Source: Candidatus Omnitrophota bacterium (lineage in GTDB: Bacteria; Omnitrophota; Gorgyraeia; Duberdicusellales; 4484-171). Taken from it: a stretch of DNA of 33,092 nucleotides. Below, piece after piece: positions 24,817-31,933 of the stretch (position 1 is its first letter; the number at the start of each line of letters is the position of its first letter). The DNA is taken from the NCBI GenBank assembly GCA_018823915.1, contig JAHJHM010000127.1, positions 1 through 33,092 on the forward strand, written 5' to 3'. The notes beneath the pieces were generated by a model that saw nothing but the letters and a program-made list of their open reading frames with translations, did not search any database and had not been told where the DNA came from. A program made the position numbers and the translations under genes.

Positions 24817-25364
24817 AAGAGGCATTTAAAATAATAGTAGTTTTAACCGTTATATGTTTAATTTGTGCTTTTTTTCTTTCTTTTGTTTTTAGTGTAGCCA
24901 AAGAAAAAATAGAGATGAATGCTAAAAGGGCAATTGAAGAGGGGATTTCTAAATTAGCCCCTTGCGCTAAAAGGGTAGAGGAGATCAAATTAAAAGACGA
25001 GGTTGTGTATAAACTTTTTGATGAGCAGGATAATTCGGTTGGCTATGCTTTTTTGGCCCAAGGCCAAGGCTATCAGGGAAAGATAAAAATTTTAGCCGTG
25101 GTTGACTCATCTTTAGAAAAATTAGAAGGTATAGAAGTAGTGGAATCAGTAGAAACCCCTGGATTAGGAGCAAGAATTACAGAGGCTCTTTTCATGGAGC
25201 AGTTTAAAAAGTTAACTGTAATTCCCAAAATAGAATATGTAAAGGAAGAAGTAGAGAAAGATAATCAGATAATGGCAATTACTGGAGCGACTGTCACATC
25301 CAAGGCAGTAGTGAATATTTTGAATAAGAGGATAGAGGAGCTAAGAGAAGAATTAAAGGGGTAG
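24813..25364 (+). CDS. rnfG: Rnf complex subunit G
   Basis: Single N-terminal TM helix, FMN_bind domain with ITGATVTSKAV motif. GTG start overlaps the rnfD stop. Confidence 0.9.
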   Translation: MKEAFKIIVVLTVICLICAFFLSFVFSVAKEKIEMNAKRAIEEGISKLAPCAKRVEEIKLKDEVVYKLFDEQDNSVGYAFLAQGQGYQGKIKILAVVDSSLEKLEGIEVVESVETPGLGARITEALFMEQFKKLTVIPKIEYVKEEVEKDNQIMAITGATVTSKAVVNILNKRIEELREELKG

Positions 25365-25398
25365 TTTATGGCTGATAGTTTATAGTTTATGGCTGAGA
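25364..25398. repeat. Heptamer array GTTTATG GCTGATA GTTTATA GTTTATG GCTGAGA spanning the rnfG stop and rnfE start
   Basis: 7-nt period. The rnfE ATG (25389) is the ATG of a GTTTATG unit. Confidence 0.85.
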
Positions 25399-26009
25399 TT
25401 ATAGAATCAAAAATTAAAATGAAAAAGGAATTTATTAAAGGTTTGTGGAAGGAACATCCAATTTTAAGGCAACTGTTGGGGATGTGTCCGGCCTTGGCGG
25501 TAACTACTTCGGCAATAAACGGAATCTCTATGGGCTTAGCAGTTATTTTTGTCCTTTTTTTCTCCTCCTTGGTTGTTTCTTTGATAAAGAAAGTTATTCC
25601 TCCTCAAGTGCGCATTGCTGTTTATACCGTAATTATCGCTACTTTTGTTACTGTTGTAGATATATTTTTTAAAGCAAATTTTCCTCAAATTAGCCGTGCC
25701 CTCGGCCCCTACCTTCCTTTAATTGTGGTTAATTGCATTATTCTTGGAAGATGTGAAGCCTTTGCTTCTAAAAATAGTGTATTGGTTTCATTGCTTGATG
25801 CTTTAGGGATGGGTTTAGGATTTATGTGGGGATTATTTCTTCTTGGTTCAATAAGGGAGATCCTTGGTTTCGGGAGTTTGTTAGGTGTAAAGATGATGCC
25901 TCCTGAATACAATCCTTTAATAATAATGATTCTGCCCGCGGGAGCATTTTTGGTGCTAGGGTTTTTAGTAGCGGTGATGAATAGATTAGAATTAAGAATT
26001 AAGGATTAA
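25389..26009 (+). CDS. rnfE: Rnf complex subunit E
   Basis: GLWKEHPILRQLLGMCPALAVT motif. The start is uncertain: ATG 25389 lies inside a heptamer repeat, and ATG 25419 is the alternative. The C-terminus and stop are encoded by the TTAAGGA array. Confidence 0.9.
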   Translation: MAEIIESKIKMKKEFIKGLWKEHPILRQLLGMCPALAVTTSAINGISMGLAVIFVLFFSSLVVSLIKKVIPPQVRIAVYTVIIATFVTVVDIFFKANFPQISRALGPYLPLIVVNCIILGRCEAFASKNSVLVSLLDALGMGLGFMWGLFLLGSIREILGFGSLLGVKMMPPEYNPLIIMILPAGAFLVLGFLVAVMNRLELRIKD

Positions 26010-26026
26010 GGATTAAGGATTAAGTA
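25985..26026. repeat. Heptamer array ATTAGAA TTAAGAA TTAAGGA x3 TTAAGTA
   Basis: 7-nt period. Encodes the last 8 codons and the TAA stop of rnfE, and provides the AAGGA SD for rnfA (ATG 26031). Confidence 0.9.
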
Positions 26027-26030
26027 AAAG

Positions 26031-26612
26031 ATGAAGAATTTAATTTTAATATTTATTTCTACGGTATTAGTAAATAATCTTGTTCTAACTTACTTTCTAG
26101 GGATTTGCCCTTTTTTGGGTGTTTCCGGAAAATTAGAATCTGCTTTTGGGATGGGCATGGCTGTTACCTTTGTAATGACTCTTGCTACCAGTATAAGTTG
26201 GTTAATCTATCATTTCCTTTTGGAGAGATTCGGTTTACTATTTTTAGAATACGTAATTTTTATTCTGGTAATTGCTTCTTTGGTTCAGATTGTCGAGATG
26301 TTCATAAGAAAATTTTCTCCGTCCCTATATCAATCATTAGGGATATATTTACCGTTAATTACTACTAACTGCGCTATTTTAGGTGCTGCTCTTTTTATGG
26401 TAACAAGGAATTATGATTTTCTAGAATCAGTAGTATTTGGTTTTTCTGGTGGGATAGGATTTTCTCTTGTTCTTTTAATTATGGCAGGAATAAGAGAAGA
26501 AGTGAATTACGCTGATATTCCCTATGCGTTTAGAGGCGCAGCGCTTACTTTAATCATCGCCGGTTTGCTTGCTCTTGTATTTATGGGTTTTTCGGGATTA
26601 ATTAGCTCCTGA
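26031..26612 (+). CDS. rnfA: Rnf complex subunit A
   Basis: VLVNNLVLTYFLGICPFLGVS and LPLITTNCAILG motifs. SD supplied by the upstream TTAAGGA array. Confidence 0.93.
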   Translation: MKNLILIFISTVLVNNLVLTYFLGICPFLGVSGKLESAFGMGMAVTFVMTLATSISWLIYHFLLERFGLLFLEYVIFILVIASLVQIVEMFIRKFSPSLYQSLGIYLPLITTNCAILGAALFMVTRNYDFLESVVFGFSGGIGFSLVLLIMAGIREEVNYADIPYAFRGAALTLIIAGLLALVFMGFSGLISS

Positions 26613-26625
26613 GGAATAGAGAAAA

Positions 26626-27447
26626 ATGAAGGAAGTACAGGCTTCATTGTTGGTTTTAGGATTAACAGGATTTAGCTTCTCTCTTCTTTTGGCTTTTTTG
26701 AGTAAAAAATTAAAAGTCAAGGAGGATGCCCGGATAGAGAAAATTTTAAGTATTTTACCGGGCCTAAATTGCGGTGCCTGTGGAGTTAGTGGATGTAGGG
26801 TATTTGCGCAGGCAGTAGTAAAAGAAGGGAAAATTTTTTCTGGGTGTCTTCCTGCGGGGGAAGGAATGAATAAAGAGATAGCTAAGGCTTTAGGAATAGA
26901 GACAAGCGTAGTCAAGAGGAAATCAGTAGCTGTATGCCGTTGTGGAGCGGATGATAAGGAGAAAAAAGTTTCTTGTCTTTATCAGGGGCCAAAGACTTGT
27001 AAGGCGGCAGATTTAATCGGAGGAGCGATCGATTGTTTATATGGCTGCTTTGGTTTTGGTGATTGCGAAGCAGTCTGTCCTCCGGGAGCAATTACTGTTG
27101 CCAAGGGAAAGGTTTATGTGGATATAGAAAAGTGTATTGGTTGTGGAAAGTGTCTACCTGCTTGCCCGAGCAATCTTTTTGAACTTTTGCCTTTGGCGGA
27201 GAATTTAGATACTTATTACTATATTGCCTGCAACAACAGGGAAAAGGGAGTTAATGTAAAGAAAGTATGCAGCCGCGGCTGTATTGCTTGCGGGATATGT
27301 ACTAAAGGTGAAAATTCACCATTTTATTTAAAAGATAACCTTGCTTTTATAGAGTATAAAAAGATAGTAGAGAATGAACCTTTAGAAGAGGCAAAGAATA
27401 AATGTCCTACTAAGTGTATAATGAAATTTACAGTTCATAGCTCATAG
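26626..27447 (+). CDS. rnfB: Rnf complex subunit B (polyferredoxin)
   Basis: N-terminal TM helix, CGACGVSGC cluster motif, further CxxCxxCxxxCP ferredoxin motifs. The last 5 codons and the stop lie in the AGTTCAT heptamer array. Confidence 0.92.
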   Translation: MKEVQASLLVLGLTGFSFSLLLAFLSKKLKVKEDARIEKILSILPGLNCGACGVSGCRVFAQAVVKEGKIFSGCLPAGEGMNKEIAKALGIETSVVKRKSVAVCRCGADDKEKKVSCLYQGPKTCKAADLIGGAIDCLYGCFGFGDCEAVCPPGAITVAKGKVYVDIEKCIGCGKCLPACPSNLFELLPLAENLDTYYYIACNNREKGVNVKKVCSRGCIACGICTKGENSPFYLKDNLAFIEYKKIVENEPLEEAKNKCPTKCIMKFTVHSS

Positions 27448-27473
27448 TTGATAGTTTATAGCCTACAGAATGT
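27432..27473. repeat. Heptamer array AGTTCAT AGCTCAT AGTTGAT AGTTTAT AGCCTAC AGAATGT
   Basis: 7-nt period. TAG occurs at 27438, 27445 (the rnfB stop), 27452 and 27459, so a stop falls in all three frames. Confidence 0.9.
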
Positions 27474-27542
27474 ATGTGGTTTAAGACTTAAGAATTGCGC
27501 AAAAGGCTGGGTAAATTTCTAGTCTGTGACTATCTGCGTTAT

Positions 27543-28142
27543 ATGAATATAGCAGTTTTAGCTTCAGGGAGAGGGACAAATTTTGAGGCGATAGCCAGAG
27601 CCATAAAAAAAAGATATGTAAAGGCAAATTTAAAGCTGTTGATTACAGATAAAGAAACTGCCGATGTAAGAGTAAGGGCAAAAAAGTTTGGCATAAGGGA
27701 TATATTTATTGACCCTAAGCAGTTTAAGTCGCGGTTAGAATTCGATAAAGGGATAGTGAAAATTTTAAGGAAAGAGAAGGTAAATCTAGTAGTTTTAGCC
27801 GGATTTATGCGTGTTTTCACTCCTTACTTCGTAAAGAGTTTTAAAAACAAAATTTTAAATATTCATCCGACAATTTTACCTGCCTTTAAGGGAATAGAAG
27901 GAGTAGGCCGAGCATTTAAATATGGCTGTCGAGTGACTGGAGTTACCGTTCATTTTGTGGATGAGAAAGTTGACCATGGCCCGATAATTTTGCAGGCAGC
28001 TGTAAGAATAACCGAAGGGATGAGTTTAGAAGAATTGGAATCTAAAGTTCATAAGTTAGAGCATAAACTATACCCCCAAGCAGTAAAATTATTTGTTGAG
28101 AATAAATTAAAAGTAGAGGGCAGGCATGTTAAGATTATTTAA
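27543..28142 (+). CDS. purN: Phosphoribosylglycinamide formyltransferase
   Basis: IAVLASGRGTNFEAI start, NIHPTILPAFKG, VHFVDEKVDHGPII motifs. ATG 27543 is preferred over TTG 27495. Confidence 0.92.
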   Translation: MNIAVLASGRGTNFEAIARAIKKRYVKANLKLLITDKETADVRVRAKKFGIRDIFIDPKQFKSRLEFDKGIVKILRKEKVNLVVLAGFMRVFTPYFVKSFKNKILNIHPTILPAFKGIEGVGRAFKYGCRVTGVTVHFVDEKVDHGPIILQAAVRITEGMSLEELESKVHKLEHKLYPQAVKLFVENKLKVEGRHVKII

Positions 28143-28563
28143 TTTGTCATTAATTATTTTTTTACTTTTTACTTTTTTGAGTTTCTCTCAAGATGAAGAA
28201 GTAATAGAGGTGAAGGTGAGCAAAGATAAGGTGGAAACAGGAGAGGTTTTTACTTACAGAATAAAGATTGAGGGGAGTTTTACTCAGCCGGAGTTAACCC
28301 TACCTGAATTTAAAGATTTTAAAGTTATTTCTCAAAGCCGATCAAAAAATTATGCTTTTAAACAAGGAAGAAAAAAAGTAATACATAATTTAGTCTACCA
28401 ACTTTTTGCTCCTAATCCCGGTGCGTTTACCATAAAAGAAGCGGTTTTGGAAGATAGGGGCAAAAAATTCAAAAGCGAATCTATCACTATTGAAGTTAAA
28501 GGGCGGCCCCTGGAAGAGAAGAGAAAAATCCTCCCCTATATTGAGAAAGGAACTGAAATTTAG
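28126..28563 (+). CDS. Small secreted protein, BatD-like N-terminal domain (tentative)
   Basis: Signal peptide LIIFLLFTFLSFSQ. The pattern V..GEVFTYRIKIEG...PELTLPEFKDFKV resembles the BatD/oxygen-tolerance family N-terminal domain. Recalled similarity only. Confidence 0.5.
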   Translation: MLRLFNLSLIIFLLFTFLSFSQDEEVIEVKVSKDKVETGEVFTYRIKIEGSFTQPELTLPEFKDFKVISQSRSKNYAFKQGRKKVIHNLVYQLFAPNPGAFTIKEAVLEDRGKKFKSESITIEVKGRPLEEKRKILPYIEKGTEI

Positions 28564-28603
28564 TTTTGATCCTAATTTTTATTCTGCCCCTTCTTTCTAA
28601 AGC

Positions 28604-29239
28604 ATGCAGATAGAATACTTTAATCAGATAACTATTTTTACTCCCAAAGATAAAATATATAGCCGTCTTGGTTATTCCAAGGGTATAACCAAACTTAACG
28701 GCAAGCAGCTTGATGAGGTTGAAGGCTATATCGAAAAAGCCTTAGAGATTGTTGAGCTAAGGGGTGTAGGAGCAATACTTCCTATAAATAAAATAGAAGC
28801 TTCTAAAATTATACTTGCAGAAGGGATCACTTTTGCAAGCGAGTCTTTAGCAAAATTTCTAGTTGATTCAAAAGAAGTTCTTTTGATGGCAGCTACCTCC
28901 GGTTTAAAAATAGTTGAGGCAGTTTCCAAAAACTCTACTGGTAAAAATGTAACTGCAGCTGTAGTTTTTGATGCTGTAGCTAGTGAGATGACTGATGGTG
29001 CACTTAGTTGGATTATTAATTACTTTAATCGGCAGCTTTCTAGAGAAAATAAACAGTTAACCCCAAGACGTTTTTCTGCCGGTTATGGTGATTTCTCATT
29101 GAAGAATCAGAAAATTATTTATGATATCCTAAAGTTAGGGCAACTGGGAATTAGCCTAAGTAATAAGTATGTGCTTATTCCTGAAAAATCAGTTACTGCA
29201 GTCGCCGGGATTGGATTTAAGCAAGAAAATAAGGAATAA
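28604..29239 (+). CDS. Stand-alone methionine synthase activation (reactivation, AdoMet-binding-like) domain protein
   Basis: About 211 aa. The C-terminal RRFSAGYGDFSLKNQ motif is typical of the Met_synt_B12 domain when encoded separately. Lies immediately upstream of metH, which lacks this domain. Confidence 0.7.
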   Translation: MQIEYFNQITIFTPKDKIYSRLGYSKGITKLNGKQLDEVEGYIEKALEIVELRGVGAILPINKIEASKIILAEGITFASESLAKFLVDSKEVLLMAATSGLKIVEAVSKNSTGKNVTAAVVFDAVASEMTDGALSWIINYFNRQLSRENKQLTPRRFSAGYGDFSLKNQKIIYDILKLGQLGISLSNKYVLIPEKSVTAVAGIGFKQENKE

Positions 29240-29248
29240 AAGGGGAAA

Positions 29249-31633
29249 ATGAAGAATAAAATTAAGCTTTTAAATAATAGAGTTTTAGTCCTTGATGGGG
29301 CTACTGGGACACAGTTACAGAAAAGAGGTATGCCCAGTGGAGTATCGCCTGAAGTTTGGTGCCTTAGGAACCCTAAAGTTATCTCGGCAATTCATGCTGA
29401 CTACCAAAAGGCCGGAGCAGAGATAGTTTATACTTCTACCTTTGGCGCTAATAGGATTAAACTCAAATTCTATGGTAATTATAATGTAGGCAAGGTCAAT
29501 AAGGATCTTGCTTTAATTGCTAAAAAAGCCGTTAAGAATAAAGCCTTAGTGGCTGGTGGTATTGGCCCTACGGGTAAATTTGTAGAACCTTTCGGGCCGC
29601 TTAAGTTTGAAGAGGCAGTTGAGATTTTCAAAGAGCAGGCAAAGGGTTTGCTTTTAGCCGGGGTGGATCTTTTTATCATTGAGACTATGATGGACATCCA
29701 AGAGGCCAGGGCCGCCCTCATAGCGGTAAAAGAACTTACTGATAAGTTTACGATGGTAACAATGACCTATGAGTTAGATGGCCGGACTCTCAATGGAACT
29801 GATCCCTTAACAGCTTTGAATACCTTACAGAGTTTAGGTGCTGATGCTGTTGGCTGCAATTGTTCTGCTGGTCCTGGGCAGATGGTTAAATTTATCAAAG
29901 CAATGAAGCCTTATGCCAAAGTTCCTCTTATAGCAAAACCTAATGCCGGTATGCCGAAATTAGTAAAGGGTAAGATTTCTTTTGATATGGGCCCCGAGAA
30001 GTTTGCTTCTTTTGCTAAAGAGTTGGTTTCAGCTGGAGCAAGCTTATTGGGAGGATGCTGCGGTACTACACCAGAACATATAAGGAAGGTAAAAAGAGAG
30101 GTCTCTGGCTTAAAGCCGGTTGCATTATCAAAGAAGAGTGTTGGCTTGTTAAGCTCTGCTAGAAGGAGCGTTATTCTTAAAGGCAGGAAATCTCTCACTA
30201 TTATAGGAGAAGCAATTAATCCTACCGGCAAGAAGATTTTGCAAAAAGAATTACGCCAGGGAAAAACTTCTTTTATTCGTTATTTAGCAAAAGAGCAGGA
30301 GAAAGCCGGAGCCTCTTTGTTAGATGTTAATGTTGGAATTGCCGGCATAGATGAGGTTAAGACTCTTAAGAGGATTATTAACATGTTAGCAGTTAACTCT
30401 AGTCTTCCTTTGGTTATTGATTCTTCAAGAGGTGAAGCGATAGAAACAGCTTTACGAGTTTATCCGGGAAGAGCTTTAATTAATTCTATAAGCGGCCAGA
30501 AGAATAAATTAAAAAAGCTGCTTTCGTTAGCTGCTAAATACGGAGCGATGTTTATTCTTCTTCCTCTTGAGGGCAAGAGTCTACCTAAGAGTTTTCAGGA
30601 GAGGAAAAAGATTATCCTAGATATCCTTAAAGAGGCAAAAAAGATAGGATTCTCTAAGGATGATATTATTGTCGATGCAATGACTTTAGCTGTATCTTCA
30701 CATCCAAAGGCAGCCCTGGAGACCTTAAAAACAATAGACTGGGTTTCCAATAATGTTAAGTGCAATAGTGTTGTCGGTCTTTCTAATATTTCTTTTGGTC
30801 TGCCCAAAAGAAATATAATTAATGCGGCCTTTTTGGCTTTAGCCAAAAAGAAGGGCTTGAGCCTAGCTATCGCTAATCCGTCAAAACTAAAGGTTAGATA
30901 TTCAAAGTTGGCTGAGAGTCTTCTACTAGGCAAGGATAAGGATGCTAAGGCTTTCTTGGCTTATTTTAGTAAAGCTCCGAAAGAGAAAAAGGAAGTTAAG
31001 ATTTCCCTTTCAGCAGAAGAGAAGGTTTTTCAGGCTATCATCGAAGGCAACAGAGAAGATGTTAAAGAGTTTACAAGAGAGGCTGTATCTTTTGATTGTA
31101 AGGCTAGTGAATTTGTACGTAAAGTAATGATTCCGGCCATTAATAAGGTAGGAGATTTATTTGATAAGAAAGAATACTTTTTGCCTCAGCTTATTGCTAG
31201 TGCTGAAACTATGAAGTTGGCTCTTTTAGAGCTCCAACCCTACCTTAAAGAGGATGATTTAAAAAGAGGGAAGAAGACTGTTGTTTTTCTGGCTACAGTG
31301 AAAGGTGACATCCACGATATCGGCAAGAACATCGTAGCTCTTATGTTAAAGAATTACGGCTTTGATGTTGTTGATTTAGGTAAAGATGTTTCAGCGGAAA
31401 GAATTATTAAAGAGATTAAACGTCAAAAGTTTTCGATAGTAGGCCTTTCTTCTTTGATGACTACTACAATGGTTAATATGAAGGAAGTTATTGATGAAGC
31501 CAAGAGACAAGGGTTAAATTGTAGATTCATAGTAGGTGGAGCTGTGGTAACCAGGAGTTTTGCTCGGTCAATAGGCGCTGAATATGCTAACGACAGCATC
31601 GAAGCTGTTCGAGTAGCTAAGAAGTTAAATTAA
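29249..31633 (+). CDS. metH: Cobalamin-dependent methionine synthase lacking the activation domain (Hcy-binding + pterin-binding + B12 cap/binding)
   Basis: GCNCSAGP and GGCCGTTPEHI zinc/Hcy motifs, pterin-binding barrel, DIHDIGKNIV (DxHxxG) and SSLMTTT B12-binding motifs. 794 aa, so no fifth module. Confidence 0.93.
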   Translation: MKNKIKLLNNRVLVLDGATGTQLQKRGMPSGVSPEVWCLRNPKVISAIHADYQKAGAEIVYTSTFGANRIKLKFYGNYNVGKVNKDLALIAKKAVKNKALVAGGIGPTGKFVEPFGPLKFEEAVEIFKEQAKGLLLAGVDLFIIETMMDIQEARAALIAVKELTDKFTMVTMTYELDGRTLNGTDPLTALNTLQSLGADAVGCNCSAGPGQMVKFIKAMKPYAKVPLIAKPNAGMPKLVKGKISFDMGPEKFASFAKELVSAGASLLGGCCGTTPEHIRKVKREVSGLKPVALSKKSVGLLSSARRSVILKGRKSLTIIGEAINPTGKKILQKELRQGKTSFIRYLAKEQEKAGASLLDVNVGIAGIDEVKTLKRIINMLAVNSSLPLVIDSSRGEAIETALRVYPGRALINSISGQKNKLKKLLSLAAKYGAMFILLPLEGKSLPKSFQERKKIILDILKEAKKIGFSKDDIIVDAMTLAVSSHPKAALETLKTIDWVSNNVKCNSVVGLSNISFGLPKRNIINAAFLALAKKKGLSLAIANPSKLKVRYSKLAESLLLGKDKDAKAFLAYFSKAPKEKKEVKISLSAEEKVFQAIIEGNREDVKEFTREAVSFDCKASEFVRKVMIPAINKVGDLFDKKEYFLPQLIASAETMKLALLELQPYLKEDDLKRGKKTVVFLATVKGDIHDIGKNIVALMLKNYGFDVVDLGKDVSAERIIKEIKRQKFSIVGLSSLMTTTMVNMKEVIDEAKRQGLNCRFIVGGAVVTRSFARSIGAEYANDSIEAVRVAKKLN

Positions 31634-31636
31634 TGT

Positions 31637-31715
31637 AAATATTCAGTGAACCACGTCTAAATTTTTCTGAATATTCAGTGCAAAATGCAAACTGCAAACT
31701 GCAAATTGCATACCC
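31637..31715. repeat. Two AATATTCAGTG boxes followed by heptamer array CAAAATG CAAACTG x2 CAAATTG CATACCC
   Basis: Boxes at 31638-31648 and 31670-31680. Heptamers at 31681-31715. Positions 31668-31691 are the exact reverse complement of 72-95. Confidence 0.9.
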
Positions 31716-31814
31716 TAACGGGCACAAGCAAGTTAAAATTACTTATTTTTCTTTGTCGTAATTACTGACTTTGCAATAATCTCCATTAGTTTTGCTATTT
31801 CTTTTAAGTTTATT

Positions 31815-31870
31815 TTGCATTTTTCACTTTGCATTTTGCAATTTGCAATAGAATGTACTTCACTTACTAC
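31815..31870. repeat. Heptamer array TTGCATT TTTCACT TTGCATT TTGCAAT x2 (+3 degenerate units), inverted relative to 31681-31715
   Basis: 7-nt period. Reverse-complement family of the array about 105 nt upstream. Confidence 0.85.
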
Positions 31871-31920
31871 CCAGCAGGGTGTCCTGTTGGACTACTCAAT
31901 AGAGTGTCCTGTTGGACTAT
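31871..31920 (+). other. 8-bp hairpin CCAGCAGG-GTGT-CCTGTTGG plus a direct repeat of its 3' half
   Basis: The stem sequence is the same as the inner stem at 12293-12312 but the loop is complemented (GTGT vs ACAC). GTGTCCTGTTGGACTA is repeated at 31879-31894 and 31904-31919. Confidence 0.7.
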
Positions 31921-31933
31921 TTATCGGGGAGTT

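Noticed and set aside
28564-28603. Possible cobalamin or SAM riboswitch ahead of the methionine synthase genes. T-box or leader elements ahead of alaS and pheA were also considered.
   Set aside because: The available spacers are 40 nt or less, or the genes overlap their upstream neighbours. That is far too short for those riboswitch or T-box classes, and no conserved core motifs were seen.
72-31691. Inverted 24-nt identical boxes at both ends of the gene block as termini of a 31.6-kb mobile element or genomic island
   Set aside because: The enclosed genes are core housekeeping genes (recA, alaS, lepA, ptsI, his, rnf). No integrase or transposase is present, and the same box and heptamer family occur internally (8118, 20887, 23829). 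These are more likely copies of an abundant dispersed repeat.
53-31870. Whether the short tandem arrays could be CRISPR arrays
   Set aside because: The units are 7 nt with no unique spacers between them, arrays are at most about 75 nt, and no cas genes are present. They are not CRISPR.
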